Assembly: GCA_040902205.1 (NCBI GenBank)
Contig: JBBDXR010000008.1
Span: forward strand, 49,677 to 113,676
DNA: 64,000 nt
DNA from: Anaerolineales bacterium
Lineage (GTDB): Bacteria > Chloroflexota > Anaerolineae > Anaerolineales > UBA11579
Reading direction: 5' to 3'
A program made the position numbers and the translations under genes. Below the pieces are notes generated by a model that ran no database searches, was not told the origin of the DNA, and saw nothing but the letters and a program-made list of their open reading frames with translations. This document shows, piece by piece, positions 19,981 through 29,243 of this stretch. How positions within the stretch are numbered: position 1 is the first letter of the stretch; every line of letters starts with the position of its first letter.

Positions 19981-20916
19981 TTATCGCTTTGTGCTGCCTT
20001 TTTTGGGAAGCAAGCGCTTCAATCGCCAAGCTCGCAGGCCAAGGCCGATCAACAGGATGGGGAGCCCGACTACCAGGATCACCGGCAGGACGTACAGTAA
20101 GAACCAGACCAGCGCCTCTGCCAGGCCTTGCAGGGACTTCACCAGGGCTTCGATGGCTTGCTTGGCAACTCCGCTAAGGTCCCACGGGTCGACCTTGATG
20201 GGCTGCACGGCCTCATTGGCGATCAATTCTACGGAGATGGCGGAGAAGGCGGCCGATTCCTCGTAATACTTGATCTGGCCCTTGAGCACTTCGATCTGCT
20301 CGGTAATGTAGTTGAGCTGATTGAAGGCATTCAGCACATCCTCCGTATCGGTGGCCTCTTCCATGATCTGGCGTAGCATGACTTCAGCGCCTTCCAGGTT
20401 GCGCAGACGGGATTGCAGGTCGGTGTATTCTGCGGTCACATCCTGCCCGGATTGGGTGTCGGTAGGAACGTCGATGGCGCCGGCGCGGATCTCATCCAGG
20501 GCCTGTTGGAAGGTGGCGCTAGGTACGCGAATGGTTATATAGGCGCCGGGAACCTCGATACCGCGTTCATAGCCGGTTTTGTAAATGCTAGAGGAGACCA
20601 CGAAGCCGCCCAAGCGTTCAGCCAGGGCGCCGATCTCGTTCAAGCGCTGTTCGGGGACGTCAACGACAATGGAAAGGTTGGCGGTCTTGATCACCAGGCG
20701 ATCGGGCGCCTGAGCCGCAGGCGCTTCGGCTGCGGATCCTGCCCGCATACTCTCTTCGGCGTCCGAAAACATGACATCAGGCGCCCCCAGGGGTTGAGCC
20801 TGGGGATACTCCAGCCCATCGTTGGGCATGGAGGTTGCCGCCGCCCCACAGGCGGAAATCAAAATGGATAGGGCAAGGAAAGCGTAGAACAGGGGGGATG
20901 AAACGGTCTTCTTCAT
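19981..20916 (-). CDS. DUF4349-like lipoprotein (family name from memory)
   Basis: Start taken at ATG 20916 after a GAGGAG SD. Signal peptide with lipobox ISAC, a central coiled-coil-like region, and two C-terminal hydrophobic helices. Confidence 0.6.
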   Translation of the reverse strand: MKKTVSSPLFYAFLALSILISACGAAATSMPNDGLEYPQAQPLGAPDVMFSDAEESMRAGSAAEAPAAQAPDRLVIKTANLSIVVDVPEQRLNEIGALAERLGGFVVSSSIYKTGYERGIEVPGAYITIRVPSATFQQALDEIRAGAIDVPTDTQSGQDVTAEYTDLQSRLRNLEGAEVMLRQIMEEATDTEDVLNAFNQLNYITEQIEVLKGQIKYYEESAAFSAISVELIANEAVQPIKVDPWDLSGVAKQAIEALVKSLQGLAEALVWFLLYVLPVILVVGLPILLIGLGLRAWRLKRLLPKKGSTKR

Positions 20917-21017
20917 GGCTCGCTCCTCATTATGCGATTGGACATAAGACGAAGGCAACGGGGCTTAAGTTCCCATGAGAAATCATCTAGATGCAACAGG
21001 TGAATACACTTCGTGGT

Positions 21018-21740
21018 CTACCAGCCGGAGGTTAGCCGGGCGATGTGCTTATCCGGCAAACCTGCCGAGCGCATGCGCGCCTGCACCCCGGCGACGTCGT
21101 ATTCCACGCGGCGAGAATCCCAGGTGGCGGTTTCGTCGTCAAAAATGGCAAAGGCAGCCCGCGGATCGCGGTCGCGGGGCTGGCCCACCGAACCGGGGTT
21201 GGCAATACAGCGCGGCTTCAGCACCACCCGGGTATTGGTACCCGGCACTTGCAAGTCAACCAGTTTGGTGTGGAGGAAAAAGATGACAGGAACGTGCGTG
21301 TGGCCCACGAAGCAGAAATCGGTGCTGAAATATTCGAAGTTCTCCCTGGCAGAATAGGCGTCGAGCAAATACTCCAGCATGGGTTGGCGCGGGCTGGCGT
21401 GGGCCAGAGTTACCCCGTTCACCTCAAGGCGCGGCTGCAGGTTTTGCAGGAAGGCCAGGGACTCTGTGGAGAGGCACCCCCGCAGCCACTCGATAGAACT
21501 GCGCGCGTCGAGATTGAACCCCTCCAGGCTTAGGTTCCCGACAGCGGCCGCGTCATGGTTGCCCTGCAGGCAAACCAGGCCGGTCAGCTGTTTCAGGCGG
21601 GCGATGCACTCGTTTGGATCGGGGCCGTAACCTACCACGTCACCCAGGCACCAAATGGCATCGACCTGGCCAGCGCTATCCAAGACCTGGTCCAGCGCAG
21701 ACGCGTTGGCGTGAATGTCACTTAGGATGAGCGTGCGCAT
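21018..21740 (-). CDS. Metallophosphoesterase (calcineurin-like)
   Basis: Motifs LSDIHAN (DxH), GDVVGYGPDP (GDxxxxG), GNHD and GHTH. Confidence 0.85.
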   Translation of the reverse strand: MRTLILSDIHANASALDQVLDSAGQVDAIWCLGDVVGYGPDPNECIARLKQLTGLVCLQGNHDAAAVGNLSLEGFNLDARSSIEWLRGCLSTESLAFLQNLQPRLEVNGVTLAHASPRQPMLEYLLDAYSARENFEYFSTDFCFVGHTHVPVIFFLHTKLVDLQVPGTNTRVVLKPRCIANPGSVGQPRDRDPRAAFAIFDDETATWDSRRVEYDVAGVQARMRSAGLPDKHIARLTSGW

Positions 21741-21756
21741 AAAAGAGGCAGCGGGA

Positions 21757-22167
21757 CTAGAGAGCCGCTTTCAGATTCTGGGGACCAAAGGCGCCAGGCA
21801 GCAAATCCGAAACGGTATCTTGGCGAAGCACCTCCCCCTTATCATTGGCAATGATCACGGTGGCCGCCAGGGCGAATTCGGCCAGCACCTGACGGCAGGA
21901 GCCGCAGGGAGTGCCGCCATCTTCTGTAACCACGGCTATGGCCAGGAATTCGCGTTCACCCTCGGTTACGGCCTTGAACACAGCCACGCGCTCGGCGCAA
22001 ATCGAATCCGGGTAGGCGGCATTTTCCACGTTGGCTCCGGAGTAGATCTTGCCGGATGCGGTGAGCAAGGCAGCGCCCACTGGGTAGTGGGAGTAAGGGG
22101 CGTAGGCCTGGCCGCGGGCGCGCTGGGCGGCTGCCAGCAAATCCGCTTGCTGGGTTTTATTTAGCAT
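21757..22167 (-). CDS. cdd: Cytidine deaminase
   Basis: Zinc-binding motifs CAERVA and PCGSCRQ. Start taken at ATG 22167. Confidence 0.88.
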   Translation of the reverse strand: MLNKTQQADLLAAAQRARGQAYAPYSHYPVGAALLTASGKIYSGANVENAAYPDSICAERVAVFKAVTEGEREFLAIAVVTEDGGTPCGSCRQVLAEFALAATVIIANDKGEVLRQDTVSDLLPGAFGPQNLKAAL

Positions 22168-23434
22168 TCGTTTCCTTTTCTCCGGGAGGATGGATCGCCT
22201 CGGCATGTTGAGCCCGCACGCGGCGAATGCGGCGGCCGGTCAGCTGGTCGATGGTGAGCACGAGACCTGCCTCCTGCCACTTGTCGCCTACCTTTGGGAG
22301 GCGGCCAATGCGGCCAAAGAGATAGCCGCCCAGAGTGTCGGCATCTTCGCTGCTTAGTTCGCTGCCCATCACTTCATTGAAATCGTCCAGGTGGATATGG
22401 CCGTCAAACAGGAATTCATCCTCGGCGACCTTTTCATATAAGGACTCCTCGCCATGATCATATTCATCCTGGATCTCTCCGACGATCTCTTCAACCATAT
22501 CCTCCATGGTGACCAAACCAGCCACCCCGCCGTACTCATCCACGATGATGGCAATATGGATGCGGCCGCGCTGCATTTCGGCCAGCAAGTCATCCAGTTT
22601 TTTAGATTCCGGCACAAAATTGGCTGGGCGCAATAATTCGCGCAGCGACGTAATCTCCTGCGGGGAGCGCCAGACCTTCAGCAGGTCTTTGGCATACAGC
22701 AAACCCACGATGTTGTCGATGGTCTCTTTGTACACCGGGACGCGCGAATAACCGGATTCCAGCAGGGAAGCCCCGGCTTCACTAATAGGTGTGTCGACAT
22801 CCAGGGCAAAGATGTCAATGCGCGGCACCATGATCTCGCGGACCAAGGTATCGCCGAACTCGAAGATGGAGAAAATCATCTTGCGCTCATCCTTTTCCAG
22901 GACACCCTGTACCTGGCTGGCGTCGACAAAGGAGCGCAGTTCTTCTTCGGTGATGGTGACCAATTGCTGTGGTTCCCCGCCGCGGCGCGCGGTAAGCCGG
23001 GCGGGAAAGGCCAGTAGGGGGCGGGTGATGAAAGCCACGGCGCGGGCCAAGGGAGTGAGCCGCAAAGCCCAGGCCTCTGGGTTGCGAGCTATACGGCGCT
23101 CGACAACGTATTCAAATAACCAAATGGAGATGCCAACCAATAGCAGAAAGAGGGCCAGATCCCGGAGAGGAAGGGCAGCGGTTTCGAGCGGGATGAGGAG
23201 GGCCAGAGCCAGCCCGGCGATCATGAAGCGCAGCAAGGCGAGCGAAAGACGCAATCCATCACGCAGGCTGGCGCGCCGCTTCAACAGCTCAAGCGCCTGA
23301 TCTGCTTTTTGACCCTGTTCTTCGCTCAAGGAGACCAGGCGGGCATAGCGGGCGTTTAAGATGCCGGCGCGGGCCGCGGTGATCACCAAATCAATTGCCA
23401 GTAAGAGGACGAGAAGAATTACTAAGGTACTAAT
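22157..23434 (-). CDS. CNNM/CorC-family protein (DUF21 membrane domain + CBS pair + CorC_HlyC)
   Basis: TM region, CBS-pair region and a C-terminal transporter-associated domain (GRIHIAIIVDEYGGVAGLVTMEDMVEEIVGEI). The start is uncertain: no ATG/GTG/TTG precedes TM1 outside glmU. Coordinates assume the ATT at 23434 with a GGAGGA SD. Confidence 0.8.
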   Translation of the reverse strand: MSTLVILLVLLLAIDLVITAARAGILNARYARLVSLSEEQGQKADQALELLKRRASLRDGLRLSLALLRFMIAGLALALLIPLETAALPLRDLALFLLLVGISIWLFEYVVERRIARNPEAWALRLTPLARAVAFITRPLLAFPARLTARRGGEPQQLVTITEEELRSFVDASQVQGVLEKDERKMIFSIFEFGDTLVREIMVPRIDIFALDVDTPISEAGASLLESGYSRVPVYKETIDNIVGLLYAKDLLKVWRSPQEITSLRELLRPANFVPESKKLDDLLAEMQRGRIHIAIIVDEYGGVAGLVTMEDMVEEIVGEIQDEYDHGEESLYEKVAEDEFLFDGHIHLDDFNEVMGSELSSEDADTLGGYLFGRIGRLPKVGDKWQEAGLVLTIDQLTGRRIRRVRAQHAEAIHPPGEKETNAK

Positions 23435-24785
23435 CGGATTCCTCCAGCTTGCGGATGGCGCGGGCCGGCACGCCGACAACCACCGTGTGGGCGGGCACGT
23501 CCTTGGTGACGACGGCGCCGGCGCCGGTGCGAGCGCCTTTGCCGATGTGCAACGGAGCCACAAGCATGGTGTCGCTGCCAATGAACACATCGTCCTCGAT
23601 CACCGTCGGATTCTTGGTGGTGCCATCGAAATTCGCGGTGATCGTGCCGGCGCCGATATTCACGTTGGCGCCGATGGTGGCATCCCCGATGTAAGAGAAG
23701 TGGCCCATTTTGACGCCAGGACCCATTGTGGAATTCTTCACTTCACCGAAGTTGCCCATGTGCACGCGGTCTGCCAGCTTGGCGCCTTTGCGCAGATGGG
23801 CGAAGGGGCCGATATCGACGTGGTTCTCGATGATGGCGCTTTCGACCACGGCAGCCTCGATCTTGCAGGCATCGCCGATGCGACTGTCGCGCACCACGGT
23901 GTTAGGCCCCACCGTACATTGCTGCCCAACGTGCGTGTCGCCCAGCAGCATGGTGTTGGGCCAAAGCACCGTGTCCTGGCCGATGGTCACGTTTTGTTCG
24001 ATATAGGTTGACCGGGGGTCCAGCAGGGTGACGCCTTCCAGCATCCAGTGCCGGTTGATGCGCCGGCGCAGAGCGGTTTCGGCCTCGGCCAGGTGTTCGC
24101 GGGTGTTGATGCCGATGGCCTCTTCGGGGTCGTCCAGAACCACTGTGGCCACGCGTTTGGCGGACTTGGCTGCAAGCTCCAAGAGATCGGTCAGGTAGTA
24201 CTCTTTCTTCTTTGGAGATGGCTTGAGTTTTTCGAGGGCGGGCCACAGCCACTCCGCCCGGAAGCAATAGGCCCCGACATTCAGCTCATCGATGGCCAGT
24301 TGTCTGGGAGTCGCTTCGGCTTCTTCGATTATGGCAAGGACGCGGCCGGATTTGTTGCGCTTGACGCGCCCAAAGCCGCGGGCTTCCTTCTGCTTAAGCA
24401 CCAGCATGGTGAAGGGCCCCTTGTTCTTTTGCTGCGCGTCCAGCAGCATTTGAAGCGTTTCGGTTTTGAGGAGCGGAAGGTCGGCGTTGCTTACAAGGAT
24501 CAGGTCCGCCTTGCCCCGCAGTAGGTTTTTGGCTTGCAGAAGGGCATGGCCGGTGCCCAATTGCTCGGCCTGTTCGACGAAATCAGCCCTGGGGCCAACT
24601 GCGGACCGGACGGCCTGCGAACCATGGCCGACTACCAGAACTGGCAAACCGGAGCGGAGGGCTTCGGCGGCCTGCACGGCATGCAGGACCATGGGCAGGC
24701 CACCTAAGGGATGCAACAGCTTAGGGATCCGCGAGCGCATGCGGGTGCCCTTGCCGGCAGCCAGTAAGACCATTCGGGCTTTCAT
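23430..24785 (-). CDS. glmU: Bifunctional UDP-N-acetylglucosamine diphosphorylase / glucosamine-1-phosphate N-acetyltransferase
   Basis: N-terminal LAAGKGTRM nucleotidyltransferase motif and C-terminal hexapeptide-repeat beta-helix. Start taken at ATG 24785 (24773 is also possible). Confidence 0.9.
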   Translation of the reverse strand: MKARMVLLAAGKGTRMRSRIPKLLHPLGGLPMVLHAVQAAEALRSGLPVLVVGHGSQAVRSAVGPRADFVEQAEQLGTGHALLQAKNLLRGKADLILVSNADLPLLKTETLQMLLDAQQKNKGPFTMLVLKQKEARGFGRVKRNKSGRVLAIIEEAEATPRQLAIDELNVGAYCFRAEWLWPALEKLKPSPKKKEYYLTDLLELAAKSAKRVATVVLDDPEEAIGINTREHLAEAETALRRRINRHWMLEGVTLLDPRSTYIEQNVTIGQDTVLWPNTMLLGDTHVGQQCTVGPNTVVRDSRIGDACKIEAAVVESAIIENHVDIGPFAHLRKGAKLADRVHMGNFGEVKNSTMGPGVKMGHFSYIGDATIGANVNIGAGTITANFDGTTKNPTVIEDDVFIGSDTMLVAPLHIGKGARTGAGAVVTKDVPAHTVVVGVPARAIRKLEESD

Positions 24786-24918
24786 TGACGAAGATCCAGA
24801 TAGCAAAACTGGCAAAGAGGCAAGGAGACTGCCTTATCCGCCAGAGCAGAGAATCGAAATATGTTTACTAGAGGTGGTTCTTCGAGAAGAGGGATCGGCA
24901 TTCGTTCAGTGAACCAGG

Positions 24919-24989
24919 TCGGGGCGCCTGGGCTCGAACCAGGATCCACGGCTTCAAAGGCCGGTGTGCTACCATTGCACCACGCCCCA
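24919..24989 (-). tRNA. tRNA-Gln (anticodon UUG), CCA not encoded
   Basis: Hand-folded cloverleaf of 71 nt. Acceptor TGGGGCG/CGCCCCG, D stem GTGC/GCAC with loop AATGGTA, anticodon loop CTTTGAA, T stem CCTGG/CCAGG with loop TTCGAGC. Confidence 0.85.
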
Positions 24990-25091
24990 GCTTACCTGCG
25001 CTGGCAGGCAACGGGGGCAAAATTGTAACATGCCGAAACACGAGCCCGATTCAGGGCTACTGAGCTTATCCGCTAGACAGGCAAAGTTAGG

Positions 25092-26132
25092 CTAAGAGTC
25101 CTGTGGAGCCAGCCCAAGCTGAACGGCTTGCTCATAGGTGAGCGCGCCGGGGCGCGGGACCGGTTGGGGTTCCGTTTCTTTTTTCTTCCAGTATTTGTCG
25201 GTCTGGCTGCGGCTCAGCGGTTTGGTCTCGGCTCTATCCAAAAGATGTTCAAGCTGCGGATCCGTGTCGCCCATTTTCTTGTGCGGTTTGCGGCTAGCGT
25301 GCGGAGCTGCCGCGGCTACTACCTCGAGTTTGCTCAACTCCAGGCTGACGCGGGGGATGGCCTTCTGCAGCGCTTCGGCGTGGGCCGCCATGCGCGCCGG
25401 GGCCAGCGGTTTGGTGGCCACTAGCAAGCCATAGGTCGGGCTCACGCTGCACAAGTGCAGGTGATAGCCCTTGCCGCGGAAAAGCTGGAAGTCATCCGGG
25501 TGAGTTGATTTGGTAAAGGCGGCAATGCGGCCGGCGGCAAAGAAGGCGGACATGAGATGGGGCATGAGCGAGGTTTCGATTTCCTGGTCCGGGAAGGCGC
25601 CGGCGCGCGCCAGGACCTGGCCGCGTTCGTTGATGAGTGCAACGCAAATCGCCTGTAGGTTGAAGCGCAATTCGGCTAGCTGCTCGGAAACGTGTTTGGC
25701 CGAGCGGTCCGACCGCGCGCCCTCATCCTGGATGGCCGAGAGTTCGGAGGGCAAGAAGCTGGAAGCCAGCCCAAACAAGCGCTCCACGGCGTCAAGCAGA
25801 TCGGCCAACTCCACCGGTTTGAAGAAGAAAGCATCCGCCCCGGAGCGGGCGACCTGTTTGCGGATCTCTAGATCGTGCACGCCGCTAACCAGGATGGCTT
25901 TGGTATCCGGGTTGCGGCGGCGGAAACGCGCCATCAGCTCCAGGCCGGAGATGCCAGGCAGCAGGACGTCGGCCATCAGCAGGTCGAAGTTGGAGGAATC
26001 GAGGGCTTTGAGGGCGGCTTCGGCGGAGGCGACGGTGACCACTTCGAAGCCGTGCTCGAGGCTTTCCAAGCCGGCGCGAAATACTTCAGCGCTTTCTTTC
26101 TGGTCCTCAACAAGCAGAATCCGTTTGGGCAT
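25092..26132 (-). CDS. Response regulator: REC domain + Roadblock/LC7-like domain + low-complexity basic tail
   Basis: The REC domain has acidic pocket LVEDQ, phospho-acceptor LLMADVLLPGISG, ILVSG and FFFKP. The central segment (AICVALINERGQVLARAG...YHLHLCSVSPTYGLLVATKP) resembles Roadblock/LC7 by eye. Confidence 0.8.
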   Translation of the reverse strand: MPKRILLVEDQKESAEVFRAGLESLEHGFEVVTVASAEAALKALDSSNFDLLMADVLLPGISGLELMARFRRRNPDTKAILVSGVHDLEIRKQVARSGADAFFFKPVELADLLDAVERLFGLASSFLPSELSAIQDEGARSDRSAKHVSEQLAELRFNLQAICVALINERGQVLARAGAFPDQEIETSLMPHLMSAFFAAGRIAAFTKSTHPDDFQLFRGKGYHLHLCSVSPTYGLLVATKPLAPARMAAHAEALQKAIPRVSLELSKLEVVAAAAPHASRKPHKKMGDTDPQLEHLLDRAETKPLSRSQTDKYWKKKETEPQPVPRPGALTYEQAVQLGLAPQDS

Positions 26133-26197
26133 GGTGCGGGCATTCTAGCATCAAGAGCCGCGAAGGGCGGTAAAGGAGGGCTGCGAATTCTGCCAGA

Positions 26198-26962
26198 CTA
26201 CAGCACGATCCAGGGTGTTCCGTGCCGGGGATTGCGGTGAACTTGCAGGGGGACGCGGTAGGCTTCCTGGAGGATCTCGGCGGTCAGAACTTCGGCGGGG
26301 GTACCCGAGGCGCGCAGCCGGCCGCCGACCAGGAGAAGCAGGCGGTCGGCGTAGAGGGCGGCCAGATTGAGATCATGCATGGCGACGAGAACAGCGATGC
26401 TGTTCTCCTTGGCGGTACGGCGCACGAGGTCAAGCAGGGCGACCTGGTGATGCAGATCGAGGTGGGCGGTGGGCTCGTCGAGCAGCAAGATGGGGCAATC
26501 CTGGGCGAGGGCGCGGGCCAGCAATACGCGTTGCTGTTCGCCGCCGGAAAGTTCTGCGGTGCGGCGCTCGGCCAGCGGACTGATCTCGCAGGCGTCCAGA
26601 GCGCGAGCGATCAGATCGAGGTCACGCGAGCCGAGCTTGCCGAGCCAACTTAGATGAGGCGTGCGACCCAGCGCTACACATTCGAAGACGGTGAAGGCGG
26701 GGGGCAAGAGCGCGGATTGAGGGACGACGGCAATTTGGCGGGCGCGTTCTTGCTCCGAGAGTTGCGAAAGATCCCTGCCGTCCAATTGGATATGGCCCGA
26801 TCCTTTCTCGACCACGCCGCTCAATGCCCGAATCAAGCTGGTCTTTCCTGAACCATTGGGACCAATGACTGCCAGCAATTCGCCGCGGGCGAGATCAAGG
26901 TCGAGACTGTGTAGAGCCTCGGTGGGACCATAGGAGACATGCAGGGCGCGGGTGGACAGCAT
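26198..26962 (-). CDS. ABC transporter ATPase, iron-siderophore/cobalamin (FecE/BtuD) type
   Basis: Walker A GPNGSGKTS, signature LSGGEQQRV, Walker B LLLDEPTAHLD. Start taken at ATG 26962, 2 nt after the permease stop. Confidence 0.88.
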   Translation of the reverse strand: MLSTRALHVSYGPTEALHSLDLDLARGELLAVIGPNGSGKTSLIRALSGVVEKGSGHIQLDGRDLSQLSEQERARQIAVVPQSALLPPAFTVFECVALGRTPHLSWLGKLGSRDLDLIARALDACEISPLAERRTAELSGGEQQRVLLARALAQDCPILLLDEPTAHLDLHHQVALLDLVRRTAKENSIAVLVAMHDLNLAALYADRLLLLVGGRLRASGTPAEVLTAEILQEAYRVPLQVHRNPRHGTPWIVL

Positions 26963-26964
26963 GG

Positions 26965-27963
26965 TTACCAGATCATCTGGTTCCTGGCGCGGCGCAGCAA
27001 CCACAAGAAGAACGGCACTCCTGCCAGGGCGGTGAGGATGCCGACGGGCAACACTTCGGGGGCAAAGAGCGAGCGCGCCAAGAGATCGGCCAGGAGCAGC
27101 GCGGTAGCGCCGCCCAGGACGGAGAGCGGAAGCAAGCGGCGGTGATCCGCCCCCCAGATAATACGCAAGGCGTGGGGAACGATGAGGCCTATGAATCCGA
27201 TCATGCCGGAGAAGGCCACCGCAGCGGCGGCGGCCAGGGAGGCCGCCACGATCAGCAGCACCTTTAGGCGCTCGACAGGCAGGCCCAATTGCTGCGCCTG
27301 CTCTTCTCCCAGTTGAAGCACGTTCAACTGGTGACCGGAAAACAAGAGGATGCCGAGGCCGACGGCCACGTAGGGAAGGATGGCCACAACCGGCTGCCAG
27401 CCGCTCAACGTTGAGCCGCCCAGCAGCCAGCCGATGGCGCGGCGCAATTCATTTTGGGAATGCAGCATCAGGAATGAACTCAGGGCGGTGGTGAAAGAGC
27501 TGACGGCCACGCCAGCCAGGAGGAGCGTGGTGACCGGGATCGTTTTGCCCAGGCGCGCAATGGCCATGACGACGGCCACCGCAATCAGGGCGCCCAGGAA
27601 GGCGGCTGCCGGGATGGTGTAAAAGCCCAACAGGGTCTTGGGCCAGGCGCCTGCCATTACGGCCACGGCGCCCAACCCGGCACCCGAGGCGACGCCGATC
27701 AGGTAGGGATCAGCCAGCGGATTGCGGAAGAGACCTTGGTAAGCGGCGCCGCTGCCGGCCAAAGCAGCGCCAGTGATGGCGATCAGCAACATGTGCGGCA
27801 GACGGATATCGAAGAGGATGGTGGCCTGAGTGCGCTCCGCGGCGCCGCCGAGCAAAGCGCGCAGCAGGTCCGCGGGTGGGATGAACACGGAGCCGATGGC
27901 CACGCTTAGCAAGGCGGCCAGAGCCAGCAGTAGAGAGTTGACCAGGAACGGATGCTTGCGCAA
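26965..27963 (-). CDS. FecCD/BtuC-family ABC permease
   Basis: 332 aa, about 10 TM helices, with a glycine-rich FecCD-family pattern (PLADPYLIGVASGAGLG, IGFIGLIVPH). Confidence 0.88.
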   Translation of the reverse strand: MRKHPFLVNSLLLALAALLSVAIGSVFIPPADLLRALLGGAAERTQATILFDIRLPHMLLIAITGAALAGSGAAYQGLFRNPLADPYLIGVASGAGLGAVAVMAGAWPKTLLGFYTIPAAAFLGALIAVAVVMAIARLGKTIPVTTLLLAGVAVSSFTTALSSFLMLHSQNELRRAIGWLLGGSTLSGWQPVVAILPYVAVGLGILLFSGHQLNVLQLGEEQAQQLGLPVERLKVLLIVAASLAAAAAVAFSGMIGFIGLIVPHALRIIWGADHRRLLPLSVLGGATALLLADLLARSLFAPEVLPVGILTALAGVPFFLWLLRRARNQMIW

Positions 27964-28002
27964 AACGCCTCACTGAACGGCAGTTGGGTCGCCGCGGTTA
28001 GA

Positions 28003-28980
28003 TCAATTGAAGAGATCCGGATGCAGCAAGCGGGCTAATTCTTCGAGGGCATCGACTAGGCGCGGGCCTGGCCGGGTGGCCTTATTGGGATCGAAGGGAA
28101 TGACCGATCCGTTCTGTACGGCGGATAGTTCGCTCCAACCGGCGCGCTGGCCAACAGACTCGACAGTGACGCCGTACAGCGCGTCGCCCAGCAGGATGAA
28201 ATCCGGATCCTGGACCAACAGGGCTTCGATGCTCATTTGGGCGTAAGCGCCCTGCAAGCCTGCAGCCGCATTCACGCCGCCAGCGCCGGTGATCAGAAGA
28301 TCGATAAAAGTTCCCGTACCCGAGGTCCACGGTGCGGCCGGGTCGCTGGCATCGATCTCGTAGAACACGGTGGGCTTTTCGGTCACGCCCGCCAAGGTCG
28401 TTTCGACGGCGGCGACGCGCGCCTGCAATGAAATCGAAAGTTCAGCCGCTTCATGTTCGCGGCCGATCATTTGACCTACAGTAGCTAGATTGGCGTACAA
28501 GCCAGCGAAATCGACAGGGTTGGCCAACCAAAACACGTTAATGCCCAGCTGTTCCAGCTGCGATACCTGTTCAATGGGCGTGATCTCGGCGGCAAGCACC
28601 AGGTCAGGCTCAGCGCTGATAATCAATTCGGTGTTGAGCTCCAGGAAGGTGTCGCCGATATCCGCGATCTGCAGGGCCGCTTCGGGATAATCCGAGGAGG
28701 CGTCGCGGCCGACCAATTGGGATTCGGCACCGAGGGCAAAGAGGATCTCAGTGTTCGAAGGCGCTAACGAAATAATGTGTTGGGCCGGGGACTCCAAGGT
28801 GATGGTGCGGCCCAGGCCATCCGTGACAGTCAACGGAAAGACCACAGCGGGGATGGGGGTAGCCGTGGCCTGGGCGACGCTTACTTCGGGGGCCGGCAGG
28901 GTAGGGGTGGGCGTAGGGGCGGCGCAAGCGGCCGCGAGCAAAGCGATAAGAAACAATACGGGAAATTTCATAGGCTTCAT
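28003..28980 (-). CDS. Periplasmic-binding-protein (BtuF/FhuD class) lipoprotein, probable corrinoid-binding component
   Basis: Lipobox LAAAC. ISLAPSNTEILFALG is typical of cluster-A binding proteins. AAGGAG SD. Lies immediately downstream of a cobalamin riboswitch. Confidence 0.82.
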   Translation of the reverse strand: MKPMKFPVLFLIALLAAACAAPTPTPTLPAPEVSVAQATATPIPAVVFPLTVTDGLGRTITLESPAQHIISLAPSNTEILFALGAESQLVGRDASSDYPEAALQIADIGDTFLELNTELIISAEPDLVLAAEITPIEQVSQLEQLGINVFWLANPVDFAGLYANLATVGQMIGREHEAAELSISLQARVAAVETTLAGVTEKPTVFYEIDASDPAAPWTSGTGTFIDLLITGAGGVNAAAGLQGAYAQMSIEALLVQDPDFILLGDALYGVTVESVGQRAGWSELSAVQNGSVIPFDPNKATRPGPRLVDALEELARLLHPDLFN

Positions 28981-29005
28981 GGTTACTCCTTAAATACGCA
29001 GGGTT

Positions 29006-29034
29006 AAAGAAAATCCCCTGCTCGATGGCAGGGG
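29006..29034 (-). terminator. Riboswitch expression-platform terminator
   Basis: Minus-strand RNA reads CCCCUGC-CAUCGA-GCAGGGG followed by AUUUUCUUU, 25 nt upstream of the btuF-like start. Its 5' arm shares CCCC with an upstream competing hairpin. Confidence 0.75.
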
Positions 29035-29237
29035 AGAGGCAAGCCGCAACTTGTTGCGGCCGCCGCACCCCCCTTCCGCGAGGTTGTGCGATGCTGCGCT
29101 GGTGCGCGTAGGCATCTGGGCCGGCGACCTGGCTTGCCGCTCGAGGCGGATCACAGTTGCGGGACAGCGCCGGAGTCTCACCGGCTTCGCAGTTGCCGCT
29201 ATTTGAAGCGGCCACCCAAATGCAATGCTAAGCTGTA
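29006..29237 (-). promoter_or_regulatory. Cobalamin (B12) riboswitch, transcription-attenuating
   Basis: The minus-strand RNA contains GAAGCCGGUGAGACUCCGGCGCUGUCCCGCAACUGUGA, matching the conserved cobalamin-aptamer core (GGUGA..UCC...C.G..CCCGC.ACUGU.A). A B12-box-like AAGCCAGGUCGCCGGCC follows. The element sits upstream of a BtuFCD-type operon. Confidence 0.8.
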
Positions 29238-29243
29238 GGGCGT

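Noticed and set aside
24919-24989. tRNA-Gln as the integration site of a genomic island carrying the glycan locus.
   Set aside because: The tRNA 3' end faces away from the locus. About 4 kb of ordinary genes (response regulator, btuFCD) intervene. No integrase and no direct repeat of the tRNA 3' end are visible.
24995-25060. Small hairpins (CCTGC-GCTG-GCAGG at 24995-25008; AGCCC-GATTCA-GGGCT near 25043-25058) between the response-regulator gene and the tRNA.
   Set aside because: The stems are only 5 bp and lack convincing U-tracts. They are insufficient to call a terminator or an RNA element.
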